Origin: Octopus sinensis
Taxonomy: Eukaryota
Reading direction: 5' to 3'
NCBI RefSeq assembly: GCF_006345805.1
Contig: NW_021829340.1
Span: forward strand, 1-6,526
Length of the DNA stretch: 6,526 nt
The notes beneath the pieces are model-generated. The model did not search any database, had not been told where the DNA came from, and saw only the letters and a list, made by a program, of their open reading frames with translations. Positions within the stretch are counted from its first letter, which is position 1, and each line of letters starts with the position of its first letter. This document shows positions 6,480-6,526 of this stretch, piece by piece. The position numbers and the translations under genes were made by a program.

Positions 6480-6526
<47 letters not shown>
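6480..6526. repeat. (TA)n microsatellite, the SINE tail or target, running off the window edge
   Basis: Pure TA alternation from 6480 to the end of the window. Confidence 0.98.

Overview
This is AT-rich eukaryotic non-coding DNA, saturated with repeats, and I find no intact host gene. It holds decayed remnants of four transposable element classes. (1) About 199-970 (-): the 3' part of a Penelope-like retroelement (PLE), covering the end of the RT region, the linker and a complete GIY-YIG endonuclease. (2) About 1140-1730 (-): the 3' half of a DD34D mariner transposase with a probable degenerate terminal inverted repeat (TIR). (3) About 5750-6290 (+): a LINE ORF2 fragment covering the end of the AP-endonuclease and the following linker. 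(4) About 6313-6476 (+): a tRNA-derived CORE-like SINE ending in (TA)n. Between them lie a purine-rich low-complexity block (~1800-2150), a ~1.45 kb compound trinucleotide array (~2268-3720) and ~1.9 kb of di/tetranucleotide microsatellites (~3860-5745). Nearly all supplied ORFs are translations of simple repeats. The SINE and mariner resemble families I recall from octopus genomes, so an octopod host is likely (inference, not a database result). I see no convincing new biological system. The best leads are the PLE, the TE-microsatellite junctions, the punctuated higher-order microsatellites and a cryptic splice acceptor inside the LINE remnant.
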